DNA from: Octopus sinensis
Taxonomy: Eukaryota
Assembly: GCF_006345805.1 (NCBI RefSeq)
Contig: NC_043021.1
Location: 15,686,001-15,750,000, forward strand
DNA length: 64,000 nt
Reading direction: 5' to 3'
Shown here piece after piece: positions 1 to 14,685 of this stretch. The position numbers and the translations under genes are program-made. The notes under the pieces were generated by a model. That model was not told the DNA's origin, ran no database searches, and saw nothing but the letters and a program-made list of their open reading frames with translations. Position 1 is the stretch's first letter, and each line of letters starts with the position of its first letter.

Positions 1-42
<42 letters not shown>

Positions 43-266
43 TACATATAGATCATATAGATATATATATATACATATAGATACATACATAAATATATAT
101 ATACATACATATATATACGTATATATATATACATACATATACATACATATATATATATACACACACATATATATATATATACACACACACATATATATAT
201 ACACACACACACACACATATATATATACACACACACACACATATATATATATACACACACACACAC

Positions 267-313
<47 letters not shown>

Positions 314-332
314 TATATATATGTGTGTGTGT
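1..332. repeat. (TAGA)n, (TA)n and (CA)n compound microsatellite
   Basis: Directly visible. Confidence 0.95.
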
Positions 333-1331
333 GTAGATATAATATATAATAAGAAGAAGAATCCTTGGATGGAATTTATAAACATTTAATGCATCGCTAC
401 ACATGTTTCCACAAATCATGTGTTTCCTAAGATTACAATCTATATTCCTGAGATGATTACGGTGCAGCCCATAGCATCCATGGGTATTGGGCTGATCATC
501 TTTATGGATTCGTTTCTTCAAGCGATATCATAAACAAATTTAAAAGATATCTATCTATATATGTATACACACATGCACATGTGTGCATGTGCACTTATAT
601 ATATGCACGCATACATGCATCATTATTTAATGTCCACATTTGATGCTGGCAAATCAGCAAGACACGGCACCAAGCTTTGCAGCCTCTTTCGGTGTGGTTT
701 CTATGACAATATGCGTTTCTTAACTCCAACGCATTACTTACATACCTACATGCATGCATATATATGTATATATCTTTGTCTATGCACATGTGTCTATATG
801 TGTGTGTGTATTTATAGATAATATATACATATGTTGGCCTGCTCGCTTAGCCAGCGGGGTGGCATCATTGAAGGCTAAAACAATGCAAAGCGCATTGTGA
901 CCAGCGATGTGCGGCAACATTACTGCTTCACAACCAGTGTTGGTGTGTTTATGTCCCTGTAACTTAGCAGTTCAGCAAAAAAGATTGATAGAATAAGCAC
1001 CACTTTAAAAAAAAAAAAAAGTAGTAATACTAGGGTTGATTCATTTCCATATTTAAGAGATGGGGAATTATGTATATCATTTACATTTGACAGATATTTG
1101 TCCTCATCTTGTCGGCTGATACACCCCCCAGTCTTCATCAGGTGATTTGGGGAAATTTTGAACCTTAGGCTGGAGGGTGTATCAGCCAAATCATTGTGTT
1201 AACAACAAACAATGGGATTGATTCATTCGACTAAAATTTCAAGGTGGTGCCCCAGCATGGCCACAGTCTAGTGACTAAAGCAAGTAAAAGATAAAAGATA
1301 TATATGTATATGTGTGTATATATATTGTATG

Positions 1332-1362
<31 letters not shown>

Positions 1363-1780
1363 ATAAGAGATGAAAACACATTAGCAATATTATGAGTGTG
1401 TGTATATAAATACATATACACAGATGCCTCTCCACACACACAAACATATATACACACACATCTCCAATAGTAACACACACACACACACACACATATATCT
1501 ATATATATATATAGATATTATATATATATATATATATATAAGGTATCTTGGGAGGGTAGACAGATAGGGTATTCCCAATGTAGCACTCAACTTGAGTTTT
1601 AGGCTATCTATGCTGTTGGATGCCAGACAAATATTGAAATTCTTCAGGTGTAGAAAATCCAGACTTTACAAAGGTAAAATTGTTGTGTGGGTTTAGCAAA
1701 GAGGGAAATATAATCCAAATAAAGAAGACAAAAGAAGACTTTAAAACATTTGGAGACTTCCTTTGTCTTCTTATTTGGAT

Positions 1781-1813
<33 letters not shown>

Positions 1814-2363
1814 GTACGTACGTACGTACTATATATATATATAGTAATATCAATAAAAGGTGTGAAGTGATCTTGCTGTGAGGAGTGGAAAATCTAATGT
1901 TTTGGACGCAACAGCCCTTCTTTAATGGTAAAATTGAAAGGAGAGAAAGTAATGACAGACAGCAGAGTTTAAGGTCCTTTAAGTTATTTAAAAAAAAAAA
2001 AAAATGGTTGCAACATATTTTTTTTTAAACTTAAAGGATGTAAAACTTTGCTTTGTCTCATTTATTTTTTTTTCTTTTACATTTTTCCCCCGGGGAATGA
2101 ACGTATCTGAAGAGTTGGATTGTTCACTCCTCATGGCAAGTTCACTATACTTTTTTTTTTTATTGATTTTCTTCCATAATTGAAGTCTTGCCAATGCAAA
2201 ACAACACCACTGCTTTGGAGCTTGTGTTATCATATATATGCATATATATAATATATATATATATATATATAATATATATATATAATATATATATAACATA
2301 TATAATATAATATATATAATATAATATATATATATAACAATATATATAATATATATATAAATA

Positions 2364-2398
<35 letters not shown>

Positions 2399-3000
2399 AT
2401 ATTTTAAAATTGAACGTTTCATCATTTATCTAACTTTTTCGTTTTTCTTAATGCTTTCATTGTTTGTTCGTTTTGATTTTTTTTTCTTTTTCTTTTTTCC
2501 CCTTCTGTCCCACTTTTTTTCATGTTAAATACATGTTTCACCATCTTTGTCGCTCTCTGTGATTTTCCCCTGCCAACATGGAACCATCGTTAAGACTTGC
2601 GAAGAACACAGATTATTTTCAGATATCTTTTAAACAGTTTCCAGTTTTTTTTCTGACTGTTCCAAAGAACAATATCTTTTATGTGTTTTCTCAACGTGTG
2701 GAAAATAACGAATATTCTGTATTTCATTTCTTTTTTTTTTTTGTGTGTGTGTGTGTGTGTGATGGAAGATTTAGAAGGATGTTAAACATCACTTCCTCAC
2801 CTCACAATGCAGATATATATCTGTGTGTGTGTGTGTCATATTAATGATCAGAATGTGTTAAAAATAGCATCTATAAATAGAAGCATAATCGATCTTTTTG
2901 TGTCTGTGTGTTTATAACACACATACACACACACATATATACATAAACACTATGTGAATATATATATAAACGATGATGATGATACATATATATATATATG

Positions 3001-3032
<32 letters not shown>

Positions 3033-3036
3033 ATAC

Positions 3037-3111
<75 letters not shown>

Positions 3112-4032
3112 CATATATATAATATATATATATATATATACATATATATAATATATATATATATATATTTATATGTGTGTGTTACTATTGGGAGATGTGT
3201 GTGTGTGGAGAGGTATATGTGCCTGTATATATATTTATATACACACACACTCATAATATTGCTAATTTGTTTTCATCCCTTATTGTTCTCCATTTCTTTC
3301 AGCTTCCCTAAACACTTATATTTACAATGCTGTGTGTGTTTTATCGAAATATATCAATATAAAAGACACACACACAGACAGACAGTCAATGTTCACACTG
3401 CCACGTTTCAAAGAAAGCATGATGATAATATTATTAATGGCATTCCATTCTACTACAGACACAAGGCCTGAAATTTTGGTGGAGGGACCCAATGGATTAC
3501 ATTGACCCCAGTTCAACTGGTACTTAATTTCATCGGCCCCATAAGGATGAAAGCCATAGTCAACCATAGTGGAATTTGCTCTCAGATCAAATTCCGCTGA
3601 GGTTGACTTTGCCTTTCATTCTTTCAGGGGTCAATGTAATTGACTAGTTCCCTTCCCCAAAAATTTCAGGCCTTGTGCCTATTGTAGAAAGGAAAATAAT
3701 AGCAATAATAATAATAATCCTGGTTGCAGCTCCCAAGCTTACCAGTTTTCAGTCAAACCATCCAACCCATGCCAGCATGGAAGACTGACATCAAATGATG
3801 ATGATATGTGTGTGTGTGTGTATATGTATATATATATATGTATGTATGTATATATATGTATGTATGTGTATATATATGTATGTATGTATGTATATATATG
3901 CATGTATGTATATATGTATGTATATATATATGTATGTATATACATGTATGTATATGTATGTATGTATATATATATGAATGTATGTATATCTATGCATGTA
4001 TATGTATGTATATATGTGTGTGTGTGTATATG

Positions 4033-4087
<55 letters not shown>

Positions 4088-4537
4088 TTTGTGTGTGTAT
4101 ATCATGTGTGTACAGTTAGATGTACAACTGCTACTTGTGAGTTTAGAGCTCCACGTAGATTATCTTCATCCGGCCTGCTTCCCGTATTGTGGTGTGGTTA
4201 CTTATATACATTGTCGTATTACTGGTTATGATGTACAGAGCAAAGGCAGGAGAAATTGCAATAAACACAAGTTCATATCATTTGTTCCCTACACACGTTT
4301 CACCACTGTGGCTATTTGCAACCCCTGCACTGGATGTTCCAAGTGCAAAACTGCAATTTGATGTTGAACCATGACAGAGCGTCAGGAGAATGCTTTATTG
4401 CATTGCATTACACAGAGCAAATGCCTTGTGTGTGTGTGTTAGTTGTCCATAAGTCAGGATAAAATCCAGACTCTTAAAGAAATTTTGAGGAGTTATACTT
4501 TTATGTATCCAAGTAGTAAATCCTTGGTTATGGCATA

Positions 4538-4603
4538 TAACCAGTAGAAAGTTACCATTGGTTTCAGGTCTACTATAGAGGACTCATCAGACATACTGGC
4601 CAA
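4538..4603 (-). ncRNA. Type I hammerhead ribozyme-like element (copy 1)
   Basis: Minus strand reads UUGGCCAGUAUGU-CUGAUGA-GUCCUCUAUAGUAGACCU-GAAA-CCAAUGGU-A-ACUUUCUACUGGUUA. Core boxes are intact, helix III is ACCA/UGGU, helix I includes CCAGUA/UACUGG. The base of stem II is imperfect. Confidence 0.65.
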
Positions 4604-5632
4604 GAAGCACACACCCTATTTTACTGATGGAGGTAAATATACAGTCTTGTTCTTGTTTGGTTCTTTCAGTTTCTTTCTCCACCAAACTGACCAAGACTAT
4701 ATTTACCTCCATATCAGCAAAGAGGTTATTGTACTTCTGGTCAGATTATGGAAATAAGGGAATAAGGAATTATGTCATGAACTCCATTGGCTCACAGCTG
4801 TTTCTGCTACAAGATGCAACGCACTCATAGTTGTGTGCTTGTGTATCACCCTACAGCTTCATCAGAGCTTCAAAAAGGAACAGCTGTAAGCTAATAAAGT
4901 TCATGGCATGATCTCTTATTTCCCTGTCATTTATTTTATTTCTTATTACTGCTCTGTACGCGACTGATACTTTGTTCTGAAGTGTTTGTATAATGAGTTC
5001 TAACACAATTAGTATTGCTATGCTTAAGCAAAATAATAATAATAATAATAATATAATATATACTACTGGTCTCTGTTGATTGACTTGGCTTGTATATTAT
5101 CTGGTATTTTTTTTTTCTTTTGCTTCTTTCTGTATTGAATCAACAGTTTATTAACCCTCTTCCAATAAAACAATTTATCATCTTTTTAACTAATGCTTTG
5201 TATTATAATCAACAACTTTTTTTTTTGTTACATATTTTCTTTTATATTAATCCCACATGCAAGCATATTTTTGTATATTAATTTGTTTTGTTTTTTTAAT
5301 TGTCGAATGTTAATAACAACAACAACAACAACAACATTTAGACAACCTGTTAATTGATATATCCAAGAGTTATGTATACCGTTTCCATGCAGCATGGGTG
5401 TATATATGTGGTGTACATGTGAATGTATATTTGCGCCTGTGTATATATAAATATATATAGCATGTATGTATGTATGTGTATATATGTGTTGATGGGTTTA
5501 AATATCTAAAAACCAATATCAATCCAGGGTTATAACAATCAGTATTTTAAAGCTTTTTTTTTGTGTATGTCGGATACAAAACCACACTCTCCAGACTTGT
5601 TATGGGGCATGGTTCTACACAAACAGCACTTT

Positions 5633-5746
5633 GAATTTTTTTTTTCTTCTCTTTCAAAATTTTTTTTTTCTCCTCTTTCAAAATTTTTTTTTTCTTCTCT
5701 TTCAAAATTTTTTTTTTTCTTCTCTTTCAAAATTTTTTTTTTTTCC
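5633..5746. repeat. About 24-bp minisatellite (ctctttcaaaatttttttttt) x4
   Basis: Directly visible. Confidence 0.9.
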
Positions 5747-5933
5747 ATCTTATAAAATTTCGAATAAAATAATCTAACCTCTTAATATGTGCATATTTAT
5801 ATAAACTGATTTTAATTAATTTATTTTACCTTGCTAATTGCTTGCTGCCTTCGTGATTAACATTTTTTTTGTTTTGTTTGTTTTAATATCACCTAATATT
5901 TGTATAAATGGTGTGTGTTAAATAGAATATATA

Positions 5934-5976
<43 letters not shown>

Positions 5977-6013
5977 CATACATACATACATACATACTAC
6001 ATACATACATACA

Positions 6014-6050
<37 letters not shown>

Positions 6051-6068
6051 GTGTGTGTGTGTGTATGT

Positions 6069-6283
6069 GAGATGGGGAGGCTGAAAAGTTCCCGGCTTTA
6101 AGAGTATCGTGAAAGGCCTGGTTGGAGGCCTAACCGAAGTCCTTTTACAGGGCTTCAAAAAACTAAAGGACCACTGCAATAAGTGTGTGAATCTGAGAAG
6201 GGAATATGTTGAATAAAATCATAATTAACTGATCTTCCTGTATTTTCTTTTACCCAAAGCCAGGAACTTTTCAACACCCCTTG
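6069..6283 (+). mobile_element. Internally deleted mariner element
   Basis: Terminal inverted repeats (ctgaaaagttcccggcttt / aaagccaggaacttttca). Internal remnant QGFKKLKDHCNKCVNLRREYVE* resembles the mariner transposase C-terminus. Confidence 0.75.
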
Positions 6284-6294
6284 TATATATTTTA

Positions 6295-6338
<44 letters not shown>

Positions 6339-7042
6339 ATATATATAGGGAGAGGGAGAGAGAGAGTGTGTTAATACCTATTATGTTATTATGCACTAAC
6401 CCTTTGTGTTTGTTAGTATTTTATTGTAATGTTTTTCTATTATTGTTGCAAAACTTAATTGCTGTCAACATTTTCTTTGTTATTTATGTATCTTCTGATT
6501 TGCCTCCTCCTCATCCTCCTCCATTTTTCCCCATCCTCCTCTGCCCGTTGGTACCTACTGACTGTCATTGGCCCTTAAACCGAAAACTCCTTCCGACATC
6601 ACAAGCTAATAAGAAGAAAGGACCTCTATACAGCAGACATTTGAGCTGTTAGAAATGGTAACCAAATAACCGCCTTCAAATCACTCATCCTATAGTCTGC
6701 GAAGGGCACATTAGATAATGTTGTCCTACATGTAAAATGTCTAAAACAAAAAAAGGAAACAAAATGACATTTAATAATGTAGTCCTAAAATTAAGGTGGG
6801 ATGGTCACAGCTGGAATGTCTTTGATCAATGGTCTTATCAGTCCAAACTGATCTTGCGTTGAACAAGATTTAATTGAGAATTAAAGAAATGTTTCAATGA
6901 AGAGAGTTACTCCAAGGTAAACCATGACCACCACCGACCAATTTTGATTCCTTATTCAAATTACTTATGCGCCAAAACAATGTTATGACGAACGATAAGC
7001 ATCACAACCTCATACTGTCTCTTATTTCCTTCACACACACAC

Positions 7043-7096
<54 letters not shown>

Positions 7097-7102
<6 letters not shown>

Positions 7103-7385
7103 GTCTGGGGAGAGTCATTTTTTTTGTGCCTTATAATTTAACACACTCACCGGTAAAATTTCCATTTATTTCTTTTTTTTCATTTACCTAAAATTTTCAT
7201 TGCGTCTTACAACCTTTTCAGTAGTCTTGACTTTGTCCGTTATTTACATTGTATTCCTTTTGAAAAGGTTGCAAGACGCAACGAAAATTTTAGGAAAATA
7301 AAAATAAGAAATAAGTGGAAATTTTACCGGTGAGTGTGTTAAATCATAAGGCACAAAAAGAAAATGACTCTCCCCAGACACAACA
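7097..7385. mobile_element. Fold-back MITE, arms about 124 bp
   Basis: 7097-7220 is the reverse complement of 7261-7385 with few mismatches. Confidence 0.85.
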
Positions 7386-8509
7386 GAATATGCTTCAACA
7401 CACAAACTCATATAAAGAATATATACACCCTTGTTATATTATTATTATATATTATTATGCACCAACTCACCTGAGAACTGCGTCTGATTCTGTGATACAA
7501 ACTTCTTGTTTTAAGGTGATCTGAATCAAAACAGCTGCCATCAAAACTCCATGGTAATTTATGTGCCAAACACCTAGTTAATAATGATGAAGTTACTTTA
7601 TCAAATTCTTCATGATTCTCAAAATTTGTTGAAACAAAGGCAGAGTATTTCAACTATAATATTGTAACAAAAGAGTTAAAGTGTTTGATACAAATCTTTC
7701 TGGAACTGCCACTGGTTCCATGATAAATGAAAAAAAAAGATTCTTGTTTTAAAATAATCTAAATTAGAAACCTTCTGTTAAAATTTCATGTTCCTGTTCC
7801 AAACACCAGCTTGGTGATAACGATTATTTTACTTAATTCCTTCGTTATTTTCAAACAGTAATTGCGATTAAAGGCTGTGTACGTTAACGGAAATGTGGTA
7901 ACAAAAGAACTAAGGAAAACATCCTGCATCGTATGTGTGTGTGTATCTCTTTTCAGTTGACTTCCAACTTCAAGTATGTCAATGCATCGGGACAGATGTA
8001 CTCAGCTGTACCAGCTTTAAAGGTTTCGTACTTTTCCATCAACAAACATATCTCTCGGTGATCAAATGATTTTATAAACTGAACTGGAAGATCAGTGAGA
8101 TATTCAACAACTAAACAAAAAACACTAAATAAATAAATACATATAAAAAAAAATAAATTAAGAAATATCCTCAATTCCTATCATGTTTCATATAAATAGA
8201 TTCTTAATTAAGCACCTTGACATTTATGGAAATTAAAAGAAGTCTTCATCATAAGTTTACTTTGCCACAACATGGAATTCTAAAATTCAGTTTTAATATT
8301 TTTATTTGTTATTACATTTGTATATCTGTTTAGTTTATTTTCGTTTGATTTACAATATTAGCTGACGAGGTAAATTAATATATTTTTGATAAAGAAGATT
8401 TTGAACTTCAGAGTTTCCTTTCAAATTAATATCGTTTGTGTGTGTGTGTGTAGATTTTATGTCTTGACAATTATCTAAATCTATCATTTCTGTATCTTGT
8501 TAATATTTA

Positions 8510-8727
8510 TTTCTTTATTGCCCATGGGGGACTAAACATAGAGGGGACAAACAAGGACAGACAAAGAGATTAAGTCGATTACATTCATCCCCAGTGCATA
8601 ACTGGTACTTATTTAATCGACCCCGAAAGGTCAAAAGGCAAAGTTGACCTCAGAACATAACAGCAGACAAAATACCGCTAAGCATTTCGCCCGGTGTGCT
8701 AACGATTCTGCCAGCTTGCTGCCCTTG
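8510..8727 (-). mobile_element. Second tRNA-derived SINE family (gcctttcatcctttcggggtcgat central domain) with 17-bp TSD
   Basis: Flanked by tgtatcttgttaatatt at about 8491 and about 8731. Exact SINE superfamily not assigned. Confidence 0.8.
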
Positions 8728-9393
8728 TCTTGTATCTTGTTAATATTGACAAGAACAAGCTAATAGAGGAGCTTATATAAGATCACTCCATCATCGTCAC
8801 CATTATTAAACCCCTAGACATTACTGTCATGAGTCTTCAGAATCATAGGGTCAGTTACCAGGTTTCTATGGTGTATAAGTGACCGAAATCATGATATTCC
8901 CCCTGGATGAGATTGCAGGGCTACTCACAGTTGAGTGGACTGAGCAGTGTGAAATGAAGTGTTTTGCTCAAGAATACAACACACCACCCACTTTGGGAAT
9001 TGAAACTCCAACCACAAGCTTCTGAATGCGACACTACCCACTAAGCCATAAGTCTTCACTGTAGTCACTTGACATGCTAGAAATAATAGTGAAATCTCCA
9101 TCAAATTAAAATTACAACCCACCATCTTAAAAAAGACAATGTAGTTTGAGATTCGCAATATCTAAGAGAAAGACAGGATGGTCGTGGCTGGAATACCTTT
9201 TATCATGGATCTGCTGGATCAAGGCTAACACATGCAGGAAAAACAGCTCCAACACTGATTCCTCGTTATAAAGTCTTATAACCACTTCCTTATTTCCTGT
9301 TCCTGTCCCAAGGCGATCTTTCTCAGAATGTTGATTAAATTCTGTCATTAGTCCATAATGACTAAATATTTCTGACCACTACAGTAGGTTTAA

Positions 9394-9614
9394 CCCTTTA
9401 GTATTTAAACTGGCCAAATCCGGCCCAATATATTCCATATGTTTTATATTCAAACTGGCAACATCTAGCCTCTCACACCTAACCTACAATGCCATTCTAA
9501 AAATAAGTAATCACATCATTGAAACCTCAAAGCTGTAAGATGATCCAAGATTAATTCAAAACAATTTGAGTGAAAAAGTATTACATTTAACAGAGTAATC
9601 TGAACACTAAAGGG
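9394..9614. mobile_element. piggyBac-type MITE
   Basis: TTAA-CCCTTTAG ... CTAAAGGG-TTAA. Homologous copy at 57495-57714. Confidence 0.8.
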
Positions 9615-12600
9615 TTAAAACATGGACAATCTCTGGTCAGCTGTTCAACTGCAGCAGCAGCTGATTCAAGAGTTTGTATTCTCTCAGGATAAGTGTGTGT
9701 GTGTGTGTATGTGTGTACTAATATTTGTCCTTATGTCAGGCTCAATATCTTTTAGTGATATAAGTGTTTATTAAATATTTACAAGGAAGACGTTGACAGC
9801 AACTTCAAGAGTTTCCTGCTTGCTTGCTTTTGTCAGACAGTTTGACAAAACTTCAAAGTTACAGTCAACATTTTCCTCGTTAAATATACATATAGATAGA
9901 AAGAGAGACAGATTGATTGGTGCAGCCTTGTGGATAAGTGGTTAGCTTTGGAACCATGTGGTTCTGGGTTTGATCATAGACTTTAGGGTACCTTTAGGCA
10001 AATGACTTCTGTAATAGCTTTGAGTATTTTGAAGCCTTCTAAGGGAAATTGGGGAGGTAGAAACTCAGTGTGATCCCTTCATATACATATATATATATAT
10101 GTATGTATATTATTATATATATTTGGTAATTAAATTTTTGGACTGTAACTGAGTTAAGGATATTCGTGAGTTTATTATATTTTTTTAAGCCATATTATAT
10201 ACTCATAGATATCTTTAATAGTGACTTTGTTCTATTATAACTTAAATATAGCCATTTCCATTGATAATTTGTATTAGTATTTTTCATTGATAATATATAT
10301 ATATATATACATACATATATATATATATACACACACACACACATTTGTAAGTCATCTAAAAGACCATATGTCAGGAAAGAGATGCACCTGTATATCTGTC
10401 TATAGAGTAGGTATATTATCTGAAGTGTACAGAATTATATCAGAGGTGGCTGATGATGAGCGTAGGGTTCAATAATTAGATTGTTGCTTAACACTTCGTT
10501 ATCCCCCATCACAAAACCGATTGGTAAGATCAGCCACGATAGATATATAATAAGGTACACTTCAGATAATATATATATATATATATATATATATCCTCTC
10601 TGAATCCCCTATCATTATTTCTTATATTGACCTTGTACATTCAGGATATGCTCTCACCATCTCTTTTCTCTCTTTCCAGCTGGGGAAGCTACGTATCTCC
10701 TCTTCAGCAAGATACCTGTTCCTGTTCCTCTATCATGTTTTCACCTCTCATCACCTGACATACAGCCACCTCAACTCAATGCTTCACCCACCCACCCCTG
10801 CTCAGTTGAGGTGGGGCGGGGCGGGTCTTGTCTTGTGAATATTTTGTGAATTTTTGGAACTAAATGAAATCGAGAGGATGTATTTCAATATAAATCAGCA
10901 TCCTCATCATCATCATCATCCTCATTTACCGTCTCTTTTTTCCATACTGGAATGTATCAAAGGTTTGACATGAATTGACAAACCGGAGGGCTGCACCAAG
11001 CTCCAATATCTGCTTTGACATGGTATTTTTTTTTTGCAGTTGGATGTCCTTCCTAATGCCAACCACTTCACTTTTTTTTTTTTTTTTTTGTGGATCCATC
11101 ATTAGTGAATCACCATATAACTCAGAAGACAAGACCCCCCATCCCCTTCAACTGAGCTGGGTGAACTATTGAAGGATCTGAAAGTATGGTAGAGGGACAT
11201 GAGTTGATGTCTTGCTGAAGGTGAATGCACAGCTCCCCCATTTGGAAAGAAAGTGGGATGTGAGGTTTAGGTACAAATATGGGAGAATAAGGATAGAGAA
11301 ACAGAAAAGGTGAGTGTTTTAGGGTGCATAAAGTGTAACAGACGATTAGAGATGGGGACTAAGCTGGATGCAGTGAACTCCAGTTTGGGGCTGGTGTTAA
11401 CGAACATTCATTCCAGGAAAAGCATTTATTGTCTTCCTCTCTTCCTCTCTCTTCTCGTAAATCTAACGAAGACTCAAGCTAAACCGGGTTTTTTCTTTTG
11501 TCGTTTTTTCTTTAATAATTGGTTTTAAAGATCTAATTTCATATCGTTAAACTTATATGAGATAACTCTCCACCTGGATGGCATGCCACTCTGACGCTGC
11601 CATATATGCTGGTAGGTATTTCCAACAGTCTGATGGACAGAGAAAACAGGGGAAAAAATGAGACCTGCTCAGATAAATAACAGACAGCATGCACTGGATT
11701 TGAACCCTTATCCTATCTACTTGGCGCACCTTACCTTCACACTATTCTCTTTTCCTAACCATTCTAATGAAACTCTTGCACTTCAAGACATGCTAACTGC
11801 ACACCATTTCCATTCAGACATAACCACTGCACCTGGCTCTCCGCAGCTCTCTACTCAAATGCATTCTTACATCTCAAGGTCTTTAGTCATGTCTGTTTGT
11901 TTAAGTATCTTCTCTCTCTCGATGTATGTTAATTACAATAATTAATTGCTCTTACAACTTTTCATACTTTAATATTGATTTCTAACACAAGCACGAGGTC
12001 ATGCACTTTTGGAAGGAGAGGTGGGGTTGATTAAATCAACCCCAGTACTTCACTGGCACTTACATTATTCTGTTCCCTCTGGAGATGAAAAGCAAAACTG
12101 ACCTTGGCAAAATTCAAATTAACAGCATGAGTCTAATTAAGGAAAGAAAGCCACAAGTGTTTTATGCATGCATGTTCAGGAAATGAAAGACAGAGGTGGA
12201 AACTCTTGAATTTGATGGCCAGTTTTAGAGAAATGTATCTCTTTTGAAAACACATTTAAAAGATGCATCTATGCATCATTTGGTTAACAGAGAAGTTTCA
12301 TATATGAAATCACACTATGGTTGTTTCTTGAAGAGAGAGCTTATCCATTCCTATTGATTAGCGAAGTATTCCTTTCCATGAATTACCACAAACTCTGATT
12401 CACAAAATATTATTAAGACCACACCTAATGTTGTCATATGAGCTAAGAAAGAAGTCGCTTTCATGGTTAATCCATCTGCTAGAAATAACAGCCAAATCTC
12501 AAATGGACACCCTGCCATCTTAAAAAGGCATATTTGAAATGGCATCTTTAGATATATCTGAAGAAAAAGGAAAATATACAACAAGCATAGCTGGAACATT

Positions 12601-13174
12601 TTTGATCTTAAGATTAGGGTCTTCCCAAGGCGAAAGAACAGTAACAGCAACAACTGATGTCATATGGTCTTCATGTTAAGCCAACCATCATTTCCTACAT
12701 CTTTTAACCTCCACTTAATGTCTACCAAGGACCATTCATATTGACATGAATAGTTTATGTGAAACTGCAATCTGGATGTAACGGGCATAGCAAAAGATAC
12801 ACACACTCTCACACACAAGCCTACGTTGGTTGTACACAATGCTTTTTAAGCCTCTGTTCCAAAAAGCTAGAATAAGACGATATAAAATAAATAGGATTAC
12901 CAAAAATCTTTTGAACATATAATGCCGCAACTGAAGTTGTTAAATGGAACGAACATACTTGGTTCCTCTCCCATACTGGTTTCCTGGAATGAACAAACCC
13001 ACCAACGGAAAGCTTTAACAAAACAAAAAAAATAAATAAATAAAATCTTGGCCTTTGACAGTCATAGATATCACCCTCTCCTCTGTTTTCATTACCCATA
13101 ATCCCACAGCACTTGTTACTGCTACCACCTCATTTGATTTGTCTCCCTTATTGTTTTAAAGACTAGCATTGATA

Positions 13175-13201
13175 ATATATATATGTATATATATATATAT
13201 A

Positions 13202-13242
<41 letters not shown>

Positions 13243-13633
13243 CTATATATATATGTATATATATATACATATGTATATATATATACATATATGTATATAT
13301 ATACATATATAATTATATATACATATATATATATTATTTATAATATATATATGTATATATATACATATATGTATATATATACATTATATATATATGTATA
13401 TATATTATATGATGTATATATATATGTATATTATACATATATGTTATATATACATATATATATGTATATAATATATATTGTATGTATATATATAATATAT
13501 ATTATGTATATATATATATGTATATATATATATACCTATATATCGTATATATATATATATATGTATATATATACATATATATATGTATATATATATATGG
13601 TATATATATACTATATATATGTATCCTATATTC

Positions 13634-13665
<32 letters not shown>

Positions 13666-13684
13666 CTATATATATGTATATATA

Positions 13685-13717
<33 letters not shown>

Positions 13718-13830
13718 CTATGTATCATATACTACATATATATATATATCTATATATATCTATGTATGTATATATATACATATATATATGTATATATATA
13801 TATATATATATTATGTTATATATACATATA

Positions 13831-13887
<57 letters not shown>

Positions 13888-13905
13888 TATATATATATGC
13901 GTATG
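13175..13905. repeat. About 730-bp cryptic (TA)n microsatellite
   Basis: Directly visible; source of several spurious IY-rich ORFs. Confidence 0.97.
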
Positions 13906-14289
13906 TGCATATTTGGTTTATTATATACCTTTTTAACACTCTGGCTCCCCTATTGTTATCTTGCTGTGTTAATTAATCCTTATTCTGTTCATTGACCCCT
14001 TTTTTTGTTTCTTTTCTTTGCCTATTTCTGCTTCCTCTCTGTTTTCTTCCACCCTCTTCATTATTTATATATAAAATACACACACACAGACATATATATA
14101 TATATATATGTATGTATATATAAGCACCATCCCTGCTTTATGAAAGGATTGCTTTCCAGGAAAATTCTTGGAGCCAAGTGAAGTTTTGTAACGCTTAAGA
14201 TATTCCGTATTTGCCGCGTTGCAAAGCTCCAGTTTGTGTCAAGACTTTCAGGATCACAATGTCTTCATAACGTGGGGGGATGTCATATA

Positions 14290-14481
14290 CAGAGTGTCCA
14301 TAAATTACCTTTACAATTTGAAAAATAGGTAACTCAGCTGAGTTAATTGGAAAACATAGACAAATTAAGTTTTATTAGAAACATCAGAACACCTCCACAT
14401 TGGTGCCATTGGTTACATGCAAACACATTGAAACAATACAATAAATTGAGGACGTTGTAAAGATAATTTATGAACACCATC
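14290..14481. mobile_element. Tc1/mariner-type MITE
   Basis: 27-bp imperfect TIRs with TA on both sides. Confidence 0.7.
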
Positions 14482-14487
14482 TATCCA

Positions 14488-14534
<47 letters not shown>

Positions 14535-14685
14535 CATATATATATATATATAGTCTACTGTTGCAGTATTGAGTGGATCAGCAAAAAAAAGAAACTACTC
14601 CACCCAGTGAATATCATTTTGTGTACACAGGACTTTAACGTGGGTTACTATAAGTTTCATGCTTCTGGTAATACAATGGTCAGAG

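Noticed and set aside
7953-8174. Protein-like minus-strand ORF (…FDHREICLLMEKYETFKAGTAEYICPDAL…)
   Set aside because: No recognised family, no partner exons, and YICPDA is on the wrong strand to be the Numb YICRDG motif.
10440-10475. ADDERRVQ resembling the Numb N-terminal DEExVR segment
   Set aside because: No HQW motif before it, a stop follows immediately, and there are no splice sites.
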